Virus record (IMG/VR): IMGVR_UViG_3300045988_117048
Coordinates: 1 to 48,231 of that record
DNA: 48,231 bases
Origin: a virus
Strand: one strand, 5' to 3'
Shown here piece by piece: positions 32,163 to 41,303 of the stretch. The notes under the pieces were generated by a model. That model was not told where the DNA came from and made no database searches. It was given only the letters and a program-made list of their open reading frames with translations. A program made the translations under genes and the position numbers. The first letter of the stretch is position 1. Each line of letters opens with the position of its first letter.

Positions 32163-32744
32163 TCATTTTATCTTACTTCTAACATATTCTGTAATCCATC
32201 TTCTAGCGTTCTTTTTAACTCTAATAGCAAGCTCATTGAAGATTAATCTACCAGCAAAGCCATTAGTCCAAATTATATTTCCATTTTCATCAGTGTAGTA
32301 CCAACCTCTATATCCGTGATTATTAACATCATATTCCCATTCGTCATTACGAAGAGGGGAACCCTCAGGGACTACAGTAAAGTTAGCACCAGTATAACCT
32401 ATTCCATATTCTACTATCTTAGCAAGGCTAAGTTGAGCAGGATATTTGGCTTTGGTTGTCTCACTCATGTTTTTAGATGAAATATCAATTTTACTATCAT
32501 TGAATATATATATCGTACTCCCCTCAATTTTGTATTGATGTCTACTAGCATAATAGCTAGTATCTATATTTTCTTTACCGTATGAAGAAAGTTTTTGAAG
32601 TGTTATTTCATTTAGTGCTTTCATGCACCTTTCTGCAATATATTCATATAATTCTTTGCTAGATAGTATCTCCTCAATTTGAGCCAATTTACCCTCTAGT
32701 TTTTTGAAGCCAGCGACGGAAAATTTAACAGTATATGTAGCCAT
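32163..32744 (-). CDS. Neck / tail-completion protein (HK97 gp10-position), 193 aa
   Basis: Synteny only. Confidence 0.45.
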   Translation of the reverse strand: MATYTVKFSVAGFKKLEGKLAQIEEILSSKELYEYIAERCMKALNEITLQKLSSYGKENIDTSYYASRHQYKIEGSTIYIFNDSKIDISSKNMSETTKAKYPAQLSLAKIVEYGIGYTGANFTVVPEGSPLRNDEWEYDVNNHGYRGWYYTDENGNIIWTNGFAGRLIFNELAIRVKKNARRWITEYVRSKIK

Positions 32745-32923
32745 TAGTCTAAATCTTCTTTCTTATCTATCTTAAATTCCTTTTTTGGTTGAAACATAGG
32801 TTTTTTCTTTTCTTGTTTCTTCCAACCAATATTTAGATACATTGAAAGTAAGTTATTAGGGATAGTCATATCAATAAGTTTTCCCTCTTCATTGATTTTC
32901 TCAATTTTTATCATTTTTTCCAT
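32744..32923 (-). CDS. Small protein (59 aa; below ORF-track cutoff)
   Basis: AAAGGAGGAAATAAT before ATG 32923; stop overlaps the next start (TAATG). Confidence 0.55.
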   Translation of the reverse strand: MEKMIKIEKINEEGKLIDMTIPNNLLSMYLNIGWKKQEKKKPMFQPKKEFKIDKKEDLD

Positions 32924-32936
32924 ATTATTTCCTCCT

Positions 32937-33314
32937 TTATTTTACAAGTTTTAAGAAGTATAGTGATATGCTAGTATTTTGGTTTCTAACTGAGTAAATC
33001 CTATAATCAGCATTTTCTCCATTTTTGACTTCTCCATCTGGAGTTGTGTCTATGTAGACATTATCAAACTCTTTGAATTTGCCTATATACTTGGCTTTAT
33101 CAATTATAACTGCTTTCATCATTGAATTAGCATTTTCACCAAATTCTCTTATCTCACTATCTTCGCTTATACCTTGCACATTAAATCTATATTTAATTGG
33201 CTTACCATAGATAACCTCTTGGTTTAAATATTCATCTTGTACAACGTCTAATTTCTTAGCGATGTATATATTACTTTTGTAATTAAGAATACTTCGTTTT
33301 TGTACATTATACAT
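32937..33314 (-). CDS. Head closure / head-tail adaptor-position protein (125 aa)
   Basis: Synteny. Confidence 0.5.
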   Translation of the reverse strand: MYNVQKRSILNYKSNIYIAKKLDVVQDEYLNQEVIYGKPIKYRFNVQGISEDSEIREFGENANSMMKAVIIDKAKYIGKFKEFDNVYIDTTPDGEVKNGENADYRIYSVRNQNTSISLYFLKLVK

Positions 33315-33316
33315 AT

Positions 33317-33682
33317 CTATTCCTCCTTGCTTTTAGGTATACCTACTTTAGGAACAAGCATATTCATAAGGAACTCAGATAAACCATCAGTTTTTTTACC
33401 AAAGCTTAAACCATTTTCGTCATAGCTTGTAAAGCCTTGTTTATCTGCTAGATTATATAATTCTACACAACATCTAAGTTGCCAATTATAATATTTTTTT
33501 GGAAGTGGAAATTCACTATAATCTTCGTAAGGATATAACACTTCTAAGGCAATTGACTTACTATCATCTAATAAATCTTTCAATACTTGTTCCCAAGTAT
33601 TAGTATCGCCAAATATATCCTCATCAAAAGTTATTCTTTCTTTTAATTTTGGTAATTGAATACTTAATTCTTCTTCTGTCAT
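33317..33682 (-). CDS. Head-tail connector (gp6-like) protein (121 aa)
   Basis: Synteny directly after the capsid gene; acidic helical N-terminus typical of gp6-like connectors. Confidence 0.55.
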   Translation of the reverse strand: MTEEELSIQLPKLKERITFDEDIFGDTNTWEQVLKDLLDDSKSIALEVLYPYEDYSEFPLPKKYYNWQLRCCVELYNLADKQGFTSYDENGLSFGKKTDGLSEFLMNMLVPKVGIPKSKEE

Positions 33683-33709
33683 GTTATATCCTCCTTAGAT
33701 TTGTTTTAA

Positions 33710-34861
33710 TTAACCTCTTGAAATTATTCTTACAAGTGGAACTAATTTTGGGTCAATATATACTTTGTTTGAAGTATCATTGTTGTTAGCAAGTTCCCAG
33801 TTTGCACCCTTTTCAAAATCAGTATTTAATGGTGATTTCTTAGTATTATCTTTATAAGAAATTAGATAAGGAACTATCATATATCTTATTCTTGAAATTA
33901 AATCAGTATGTCCACCTTTTTCTTTAGCATTTCTATCTAATTCAACAGGGGTAACAGTACCCATATCTTCAAATTCAAAGAAGTTAGATTTCATTGCATA
34001 AGATGTATAATTTGTTGCAGGAACTACATAACTACCAGCAGCGACATCAGCAGGTTTGAAAGCAGCTTTATTAACGTCTGATAATTTGATTTCTCCAGCA
34101 CCAGGTGTTTCACTATTAGCAACAACTTTTAATGCACCAGGAGTGCTTTCAGTTGCACTATCAAATCCATTTTCTGTAGGCATATCATCATCAACGATAA
34201 CTGTTCTACCATTCCATGTTCCAATATTTAAATCTTTTGTAATTCCTCTGTCATCAGTATATTTGTTGTATTCGATTAAATTTAATCCCTCTAAGTTAGT
34301 ACTTACTGCACTGTGCATAAAGATTAAACTTAAATCTGCTTTGAAGTCTCCTAAAGCCTTTTGTGCTGCTCTATTAAGACTATCTGCACCTAAGTTACCA
34401 GTAATTTGGTAAGTGTGCTTATTTACGAAATCATTAGAACCTGTCATTGAGAAAATACCTTTAAGCATAGATAATACAGTTGCTTGTCTCTTTTCCTCCC
34501 AGTATTCTTTAATTTCACTTGCTTCAGCCATGAAGTTTTTACCTGTAATTTCACTTACATAGTCATATTCTCCCCATGCGTTTGCTCTACCATAGCATAT
34601 TTTACCTTGATAGAAAGTGTCTCTTGATGTTGAAGTGATGTCTGTTTCACCATCATAGTTTACTTCTTCTCCACCAATTCTTCCATAGATTGGTTCTACT
34701 TGATAGAAACCACCAGTTTGGCTACTTTGTTTTGCTTTATACTTATTAACATTTTGGAATATTGCACTTCCAATTAAAGCATTTTTCTTAGTACTTGGAA
34801 CTGTTCTTAAATAAGTTTCAAATACTTCTTCGTTGAATATCTTTCCACGATATTTTTGCAT
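33710..34861 (-). CDS. Major capsid protein (383 aa)
   Basis: Size and position after the scaffold gene. Confidence 0.8.
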   Translation of the reverse strand: MQKYRGKIFNEEVFETYLRTVPSTKKNALIGSAIFQNVNKYKAKQSSQTGGFYQVEPIYGRIGGEEVNYDGETDITSTSRDTFYQGKICYGRANAWGEYDYVSEITGKNFMAEASEIKEYWEEKRQATVLSMLKGIFSMTGSNDFVNKHTYQITGNLGADSLNRAAQKALGDFKADLSLIFMHSAVSTNLEGLNLIEYNKYTDDRGITKDLNIGTWNGRTVIVDDDMPTENGFDSATESTPGALKVVANSETPGAGEIKLSDVNKAAFKPADVAAGSYVVPATNYTSYAMKSNFFEFEDMGTVTPVELDRNAKEKGGHTDLISRIRYMIVPYLISYKDNTKKSPLNTDFEKGANWELANNNDTSNKVYIDPKLVPLVRIISRG

Positions 34862-34883
34862 AATTTTCTCCTCCTATTTTATA

Positions 34884-35468
34884 TTATTGTAAATTTTGAA
34901 TTGCTTCAGGGTTTTCATTTACGAACTTTATCTGTTCTTCATTAGTCATTTTATAGAACTTATCTAAAGTCATAACCCCGTCGTCTTGTTGAGGTACGTT
35001 AGTAGTCTCAGGTTTAACATTAAGATTAGTTATACTTTCTCTAGTTTGTTTTTCAACAGTATCTTTAAATGTTGTAAATCTATTTTTTAATAGGTTTGCA
35101 TTATTTATAGTTGCCTGTTCGTCTTCACTTACTAAAGTATCTATTAAGCTTTCTTCAATATCTAATCCAGATAAGATTTCTTTTGCTTTAGCCTTATTAA
35201 CAATAATCTTTGAATTTCTTAAGTTTGTTTCTGCTTCTTTTTTCATGGCTTCAACCTTTTCTTGTTCAGTCATGTTTGCTTTGTTCATCTCATCTAATTG
35301 ATGTTGAGCAGCATTATACTTAGTTACATATTCATCTTTTGTTAATACTTCGCTTTGCAAATCAGCTATTTGCTTATCTTTATCCTTTGACACTGAATGT
35401 AAAGTGTTTAAGATATCAGTAACTTGTTCCTCTGTGTATCCTTTCGCTAATAAATCCTCACGTTTCAT
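34884..35468 (-). CDS. Scaffolding protein (194 aa, helical and charged)
   Basis: Position between portal and capsid; coiled-coil composition. Confidence 0.7.
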   Translation of the reverse strand: MKREDLLAKGYTEEQVTDILNTLHSVSKDKDKQIADLQSEVLTKDEYVTKYNAAQHQLDEMNKANMTEQEKVEAMKKEAETNLRNSKIIVNKAKAKEILSGLDIEESLIDTLVSEDEQATINNANLLKNRFTTFKDTVEKQTRESITNLNVKPETTNVPQQDDGVMTLDKFYKMTNEEQIKFVNENPEAIQNLQ

Positions 35469-35654
35469 AACATCATCTCCTTTTCACTACAGTAATTTTA
35501 CGGTTTACCAACCTTGAATTGAGATTTATTTATATTTACATTGATAACGCTCAATGTTAAGCACTTATTTGGCACAGGTTCTAGGTTATGCTCCCAGTAC
35601 TTTGGTTTTGGAGACCAATGTTTTTCTGATTAAACTAAACCCATAGGTAAGGGC

Positions 35655-37205
35655 TTATTGCCCTTGTATTTCTTTTTGTTCTATATTTTTCATTTTATTT
35701 TCTTGATTATCTGTTACATCATTGTCATCTACATTTTTACTTGTATCTTGTGGCATGGTATTTTGAGAACCAGTTTGCGATACTTGTTTACCAAATAATT
35801 TGTTTTGAGCTTCAGTAACTGCGTTACTATCACTAAACAAGTTAACAATACTATTAGCAAATTCTCTAGGAATATCACAAGCGTATAAGTTCATTAAACC
35901 TTGTGTCTTAACAAGTAAGTTATCAGACATATCTCTTTGGAATTTAGCGTCAATATCAACTACTTTTAAGTTTGTTATTCCACTACCAGCAGTATCTCTA
36001 CATATCTTAAGAATAACTTTAAGTGAGTTAATATCAGCCATCTTGAACATTGTTTCATCTGCTTCGGCTCTTATACCAGCAGAAGTGAACCCTTGTCCTG
36101 TAAGTTTTGCCTTACCAGTATCACCACTTGTAACTGTACCGTTATCGGTAGCAAGTGGAACTCCTAAGATTTGGAATAATGAAGTTAATAATCTAGTGTA
36201 ATATGTTTGAGTATCAGTAGCATTTAATCTACCTTGTAACAAGTCTACACTTGCTTTCATTTGGTCGGTAGACTTAATAGATACTGCACCCAACTTTTTC
36301 ATACCTTTTAAGCCCTCTTCATCTATTTCGGCATTTGTAAATACCATAATAGCATTAACAAATTGTTCCATATCATCTTTATCAAGGCTTTCTAAGTAGT
36401 TAATATCATCAAATAGGTCTTTACCTATTTCTATCATTGATATTCTGCCTCTATTAAGGTAATATTCTGTTATAATATGTTCTCCCCATAAAAGTGGTAT
36501 TGGTTTACCCTCTCTTTTTAATGCCCCACTCTTAGTACTATAAGTTATCTTCATGTTTCTTAAATATACATCATATTGCATATAAGAAACTGGTTTAGTA
36601 ACTATTTCCTTGTTTTCTGGGTCAATATTTGGGAAGTATTGCATTGGTGTTTCTATATAAGCAAATAATTGCTCATTACCTAATGCACTTGAATAAACAA
36701 CTTCTGTATGTTCAGCAGGACAATTTATAATCTCAAATGGCGCTTCATCTTCACTACCTAATGGGTCTTTGTTTACATATCTAAAACCTCTACCACAAGT
36801 TAATACATCTTCATACAATAATAAGTCTTTAGTTTGTTTGTTTTCATATCTAACGTATTGGTTCAATTTAGATATTTCTGCTCCACCTGCGTCATTTAAT
36901 TGAACATATTGAATAGGTTTCCCTAACAAGAATGATTTTTTAAACTCAGTTAAAGCATAAACCCAGTTTTCAGTTGTCTTGTTGTTTATTTCTTCTCTAG
37001 TATATTTTACTTTGTTTTTAATATCTTGGTCTCCTAGTAGGTATCTTTTAAGATAAATTGTGTCATTTTTATTTTGTTCATGAAATTGTTCAGCATTTTT
37101 TAATACTTCAATTATCATTTCATCTCTTTTTTTAGGAGTTGCATTTAATAATTGTTCTTCTGTGAAATTTCCAAGTATTGTAATCCTACCAAAAGTTTTT
37201 TGCAT
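35655..37205 (-). CDS. Portal protein (SPP1 gp6-like), start refined
   Basis: AAAGGTAGGTGGAATT before ATG 37205; YLKRYLLGDQDI...LGKPIQYV N-terminal motif; follows terL. Confidence 0.85.
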   Translation of the reverse strand: MQKTFGRITILGNFTEEQLLNATPKKRDEMIIEVLKNAEQFHEQNKNDTIYLKRYLLGDQDIKNKVKYTREEINNKTTENWVYALTEFKKSFLLGKPIQYVQLNDAGGAEISKLNQYVRYENKQTKDLLLYEDVLTCGRGFRYVNKDPLGSEDEAPFEIINCPAEHTEVVYSSALGNEQLFAYIETPMQYFPNIDPENKEIVTKPVSYMQYDVYLRNMKITYSTKSGALKREGKPIPLLWGEHIITEYYLNRGRISMIEIGKDLFDDINYLESLDKDDMEQFVNAIMVFTNAEIDEEGLKGMKKLGAVSIKSTDQMKASVDLLQGRLNATDTQTYYTRLLTSLFQILGVPLATDNGTVTSGDTGKAKLTGQGFTSAGIRAEADETMFKMADINSLKVILKICRDTAGSGITNLKVVDIDAKFQRDMSDNLLVKTQGLMNLYACDIPREFANSIVNLFSDSNAVTEAQNKLFGKQVSQTGSQNTMPQDTSKNVDDNDVTDNQENKMKNIEQKEIQGQ

Positions 37206-37234
37206 AATTCCACCTACCTTTATAACCTGTACCA

Positions 37235-37264
37235 ATTATACTACAAATGTAAATCATTTGTCAA
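37235..37264 (-). promoter_or_regulatory. Sigma-A-type promoter TTGACA-18-TATAAT upstream of portal
   Basis: Minus sense gatTTGACAaatgatttacatttgtagTATAAT. Confidence 0.65.
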
Positions 37265-37280
37265 ATCGTTGTAAAACAAA

Positions 37281-37304
37281 TGAAAAAAGACCTTAAAAAG
37301 GTCT
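37281..37304 (-). terminator. Intrinsic terminator overlapping the terL stop
   Basis: Minus sense AGACCUU-UUU-AAGGUCU followed by UUUUUUC. Confidence 0.65.
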
Positions 37305-39071
37305 AATCATAGGTATTGCTTTAGGTGTATAAGAACCACCATCAATTATTTCGTGTGTGAACATACCACAACTATCTGGTGCGTCATCGTTAGGGTTCGT
37401 ACCAGTATTATTGTAAAGAGTTAAGTTATTCATAAATTGCCCCATTTCACTTTGCACACCAATATTATCTTGTTGTGGGAACACTAATTTTCTAATAATG
37501 TTACCCTTTTCAAGTTCTATTCTTGCTTTTTTATTTTCACAATTATATTTCTCTCTTATTTGACAATAGCCAACATTATTTGCTTTTAATATTTTCTCTA
37601 TGTTTTGTTTCAATTCACTTGTAACATTACTTTCTATTACTAATTCAATGATATGATGTTCCATAATCTTCTCTGCTACTTGATAATACATATCTTTAGT
37701 TGCAGTTCTTGTAAATAAGCAGTCTTTTAAATAATAATCATATCCATTCTCATTTGGAACTTTAATAAAAATAGGCATTGCAAAGAAGTCTTTACCACTC
37801 TTTCTTGTTGCGTCTATTACTGCATAACCCCCCATGAAATCCGTTTTTGGAATAGTCTCATAAGTTCTTAGTTTGCTATAACTAAAGAATAAAGCGTCAG
37901 GGTCTGTAGGTCTTTGTTGAAAGTTGGTTTCCCAGAGATATTCTTCCATAGCAGATTTTTCCAATAACAATTCTTTTGTTGTTTTTAACTCTGGGCAAGT
38001 AGACAAACCTGTTTCATAATCTAATGCTGGAACTTGAATAATAACAACACTACCATCTTCACTAATCCATGTATATTTAAATGTAGGGTGTTTTTTAAAT
38101 TTATGTCTCTTCTTTTGCAATTTAATTAATAAAGCGATGAAGTCCCCACTAGCCCACAATGTACCAGTAACGACTACTTTAGGTATCATATTTTGAACGA
38201 AACGTTTGCTCCATACAGTTAAATGTTTATTTAAATAATACTCATTAAGATTTTGGCTCATTGCTTCTTTATAATCGGCATATAAGTCATCAATATGTAT
38301 TCTTTGGCTTGCTCTGACACCTACAACATTACTTTGAACTGTCTTAGCATAATAACTAGATACAAGTTTGCATTGTTTTAATTTCCAATTACTCTCGGTT
38401 TCTTTTAAAAAGTAATTTTTTTTATCTTCGTTCCAAGCCATTTCAGGGAATACCTCTCCAAACCATTCACTTTTCATTTCATCAATTACAACTCTACTAC
38501 CACCTTTAACAACATCTTCATTTGAACAAAGAGACAATACAGTACCTGATGGGTCTCTTCCAAAAGCCCATGCTTCACTTATCTTTTCTGGAAATGTTTT
38601 CCCGTAACCACTAGGCATATTTGCTATAACTAAATGAACATTAGGGTTTGTTACTATCTGTTCTAAGTAATAAATATATCCTCTCATTATTTCATATCTA
38701 GGTGCAAAAAACCTTTCTGATGGAGTATCTTCCCATTCCCTATATATGAAATAACTTTCAAGTGATGTTCTGGCACTCATTCTATAAGCATTTTTAAGAT
38801 ATTTCATATATTCTATTGCTCTAGTACCATCTTTATCAAGTTTAACAACTAAGTTTAACAATGGTATATATCTCATAGTACTTAATCTACTACATTTTTC
38901 TGGGTTTAAATCATAAAATTTGTTGAAAAGCACATTCATATCGTCCATGATGTTTTTTAAATCTTGAAATGGTAGTTTTTTCTTATTCTTGCTATCAAAG
39001 TTTTTATCTAATAGTTCAAAATACTTAAGAATATAATCTAGGACTTGTTTCTCATTTAACTCTTGTTGCAT
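37293..39071 (-). CDS. terL: Terminase large subunit (592 aa)
   Basis: MPSGYGKTF (Walker A-like), RIHIDDLYAD (Walker B-like), C-terminal nuclease region; upstream of portal. Confidence 0.85.
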   Translation of the reverse strand: MQQELNEKQVLDYILKYFELLDKNFDSKNKKKLPFQDLKNIMDDMNVLFNKFYDLNPEKCSRLSTMRYIPLLNLVVKLDKDGTRAIEYMKYLKNAYRMSARTSLESYFIYREWEDTPSERFFAPRYEIMRGYIYYLEQIVTNPNVHLVIANMPSGYGKTFPEKISEAWAFGRDPSGTVLSLCSNEDVVKGGSRVVIDEMKSEWFGEVFPEMAWNEDKKNYFLKETESNWKLKQCKLVSSYYAKTVQSNVVGVRASQRIHIDDLYADYKEAMSQNLNEYYLNKHLTVWSKRFVQNMIPKVVVTGTLWASGDFIALLIKLQKKRHKFKKHPTFKYTWISEDGSVVIIQVPALDYETGLSTCPELKTTKELLLEKSAMEEYLWETNFQQRPTDPDALFFSYSKLRTYETIPKTDFMGGYAVIDATRKSGKDFFAMPIFIKVPNENGYDYYLKDCLFTRTATKDMYYQVAEKIMEHHIIELVIESNVTSELKQNIEKILKANNVGYCQIREKYNCENKKARIELEKGNIIRKLVFPQQDNIGVQSEMGQFMNNLTLYNNTGTNPNDDAPDSCGMFTHEIIDGGSYTPKAIPMIRPF

Positions 39072-39072
39072 A

Positions 39073-39759
39073 TTAGTCCCCCTTTTTCTCTATGAAATCC
39101 TTGTATTTCTCCAAGTTAGCATTAATTCTATCAGTATTAACAACTTCTTTATAGGTAATATTTACATTTGGTTGTACTTTCTCAACCATTTCATGTTGGG
39201 CTTTTAGTTTGAATATAGTGCTTTTTTCCCTGACTTGACCCATCTGAGACATAGTTAAGTTATCATCTCCTAATTGGTCATAGATTTTTTCAACCACATT
39301 ACGCATTTCAATGTCACTAGAGTTCTTATATTCTCTTAAAGTTTGATAAGAAATGCCTGCTAATTTACAAAATGACAACAAACTAGGTGGGTAATTCCCT
39401 ATCTTATCGTTTATTTCACTTATTAAATAGTTGTAATATTCAAACACTATGCCTAATTTTTCTGCATTATAAATAGGCACTTTGTTATGTAAAGGACATA
39501 TACTCTTAAAGAAGTAATTAGATATTACTATAGGTTTTACTTCTACGTAAGTATCTATTATGTCCCCCTCTTTATCGTAGATAAATTTTTCATGTTTACT
39601 AGCATAATCTATCATTTCATTAACTTTTTCTTCTTTAAGTGTGTCTATTGCTTTTGTTATATCGTTTATTGTTCCATTAACATAAAATTCTTCAAGTTCT
39701 CTAACTGCTATTTTATTTTGTTGTCTTATTGCTTGATTTTTGTCTTTCAATTCATTCAT
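39073..39759 (-). CDS. terS: Terminase small subunit (228 aa)
   Basis: Immediately upstream of terL; HTH-like SFCKLAGISYQTLREYKN. Confidence 0.6.
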   Translation of the reverse strand: MNELKDKNQAIRQQNKIAVRELEEFYVNGTINDITKAIDTLKEEKVNEMIDYASKHEKFIYDKEGDIIDTYVEVKPIVISNYFFKSICPLHNKVPIYNAEKLGIVFEYYNYLISEINDKIGNYPPSLLSFCKLAGISYQTLREYKNSSDIEMRNVVEKIYDQLGDDNLTMSQMGQVREKSTIFKLKAQHEMVEKVQPNVNITYKEVVNTDRINANLEKYKDFIEKKGD

Positions 39760-39778
39760 AAAAGCCTCCTCTTATAAA

Positions 39779-39807
39779 ATCATACCATAAAAGGCTTGCT
39801 TTGACAA
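39779..39807 (-). promoter_or_regulatory. Promoter TTGTCA-17-TATGAT for terS/late operon
   Basis: Minus sense cTTGTCAaagcaagccttttatggTATGAT; -35 overlaps the -35 of the divergent rusA promoter. Confidence 0.6.
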
Positions 39808-39829
39808 GTTTGAGGGGAAATGATACAAT
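39801..39829 (+). promoter_or_regulatory. Sigma-A-type promoter TTGACA-17-TACAAT with TGn for rusA
   Basis: TTGACAagtttgaggggaaaTGaTACAAT; AGGAGG RBS follows. Confidence 0.75.
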
Positions 39830-39850
39830 TACACTAGGAGGATAAAGTTT

Positions 39851-40243
39851 ATGCAAAATACCCCATTAAAAATCGTTGTAGAGGTCATTCCAAGAAGTAA
39901 AAAGAACTCACAAGAGATAATATTCAATAAAAGAACTGGTAGAAGAATGGTAATTCAAAATAAAAGGTACACAGAATTTGAAAAGGACTGTAAATGGTTC
40001 ATGCCAAAACTAGAGAAACCAATAAACTACCCAATTAACTTAAGTTGCCATTTTTATGTAAATGACGCTAGAAGAAGAGACATAGCAAACTACCTAGAAG
40101 CTATACAAGATATTTTAGTTAAATACAAAGTAATAGAAGATGATAATTATAGCATAATAGCTTCACTAGATGGTTGTAAAATGGAAATAGATAGGACTAA
40201 CCCACGTTGTGAAATTGAAATAACAAAAAAAGAGACTAATTAA
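39851..40243 (+). CDS. rusA: RusA-family Holliday junction resolvase
   Basis: CHFYVNDARRRDIANYLEAIQDIL...IEDDN aligns by eye with E. coli RusA [23 protein letters not shown]...LDDA. Confidence 0.85.
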   Translation: MQNTPLKIVVEVIPRSKKNSQEIIFNKRTGRRMVIQNKRYTEFEKDCKWFMPKLEKPINYPINLSCHFYVNDARRRDIANYLEAIQDILVKYKVIEDDNYSIIASLDGCKMEIDRTNPRCEIEITKKETN

Positions 40244-40289
40244 AGCCTCTTTTTTTCGTAAGACGGTGTGATAATTACCACAAATAATG

Positions 40290-40321
40290 AAAAATTGCAA
40301 GGGGAGTTGTACGCCCCTTGA
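40290..40321 (-). terminator. Intrinsic terminator ending the large ORF-free unit
   Basis: Minus sense CAAGGGG-CGUACAACU-CCCCUUG followed by CAAUUUUUC. Confidence 0.75.
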
Positions 40322-41268
40322 TAAATTGATTTAGGTATTCTTCACACTAATAGAACATAACCAAATTTTCTCAGCCAATAGGAAGTAAAAGTCCTCGTAG
40401 GGAGCGACCCTATGTCCTCTTTTACCAAGTTAAACCTATAGTAAATCTCTCTTACCCACTTTCACACACACTAGGAAATTCTATATTGTTTACTCGCACG
40501 CAAACCATTTTAGCATTCATTCTTCATTTTCGGGTGTAGATTTGTGCTACTCGTACCAGTTTCTAGTGTTATACTCCTGTCACCAGGTATCAACTACACA
40601 TTGGTTTATTGGTTTCCTGCCTAGCCTTTATGCACCACACATAATAGCATATTCGCAGTGTACTCAGTGTATGCTTGTACATACCTTTTCCTGATTACCA
40701 ACCACTAGTCCTGTGCCTTAAATTCTCTTATGCCCTACTACTATTATCTCTTTCCACACTTTGGTGTCTCAACAATAATATTACTATTATCGTACACATA
40801 ATCCCTCAAAAAATCTCTCTTCTAAGTAATACGAACGAGATAATATCCTTACCACATTGTGTTGTAGTCTTTCATAAGGTTCTAAATCAATTTATCAAAG
40901 AGCGTTCCTTACGACCAATAAGGAACTCCATGTTCATTGTTATTCACATTGGGTGTTGAATGTCAATGTCAGTGCTTACGACATTTTAATAAGCACCATA
41001 GAATGAATATATAGGCAAGCAATACTACTACCCAACTTTTCGTATTCACTCTATGCTACTTATTAGTAGCACATTTTTTTAAAACAAAGTCCACATATAT
41101 TTAAATAATGTCCTAATGGACATCGTAGGAATAGTGTGTGCTAGATGATGGTTTCGACGCTATCTAACATTAGCAGCCAATTCCAATACACTATCCCTAC
41201 GACACCTATTAGGTGTCTGAGGTTACATATACATTGCTACAGCCTTAGCAATATACTCTTCCGAGTAC
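40290..41268 (-). ncRNA. Candidate large (~0.97 kb) structured non-coding RNA
   Basis: Consensus promoter and terminator, no minus-strand ORF >=60 aa, higher G+C, many long helices with G-U pairs valid only in the minus sense, GNRA-capped hairpins. Confidence 0.6.
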
Positions 41269-41274
41269 ATATTA

Positions 41275-41303
41275 AGTATATCACAAGTCCTTTTTATTGT
41301 CAA
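41275..41303 (-). promoter_or_regulatory. Sigma-A-type promoter TTGACA-17-TATACT
   Basis: Minus sense gtgTTGACAataaaaaggacttgtgaTATACT; overlaps the stop of the 86-aa gene. Confidence 0.75.

Noticed and set aside
40318-40888. The 17-bp inverted repeat pair as terminal inverted repeats of a 571-bp MITE
   Set aside because: No target-site duplication flanks it (cccc versus agag). The element sits inside a promoter-terminator unit whose other parts are also helical, and the 3' arm directly abuts the terminator stem, as expected for an RNA closing helix. This is not fully excluded.
40961-40997. H-type pseudoknot between GUGCUUA/UAAGCAC and AAUGUC/GACAUU in the 1-kb RNA
   Set aside because: The connecting loop that would have to cross the 7-bp stem is only 1 nt. 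The two helices are therefore mutually exclusive alternatives rather than a pseudoknot.
40290-41268. Hammerhead-type self-cleaving ribozyme cores (CUGAnGA ... GAAA) in the RNA candidates
   Set aside because: Only partial matches were found (for example CUGAGAA at about 40370 and CUGAGUA at about 40665), without the paired-stem context. A covariance-model scan would be needed to say more.
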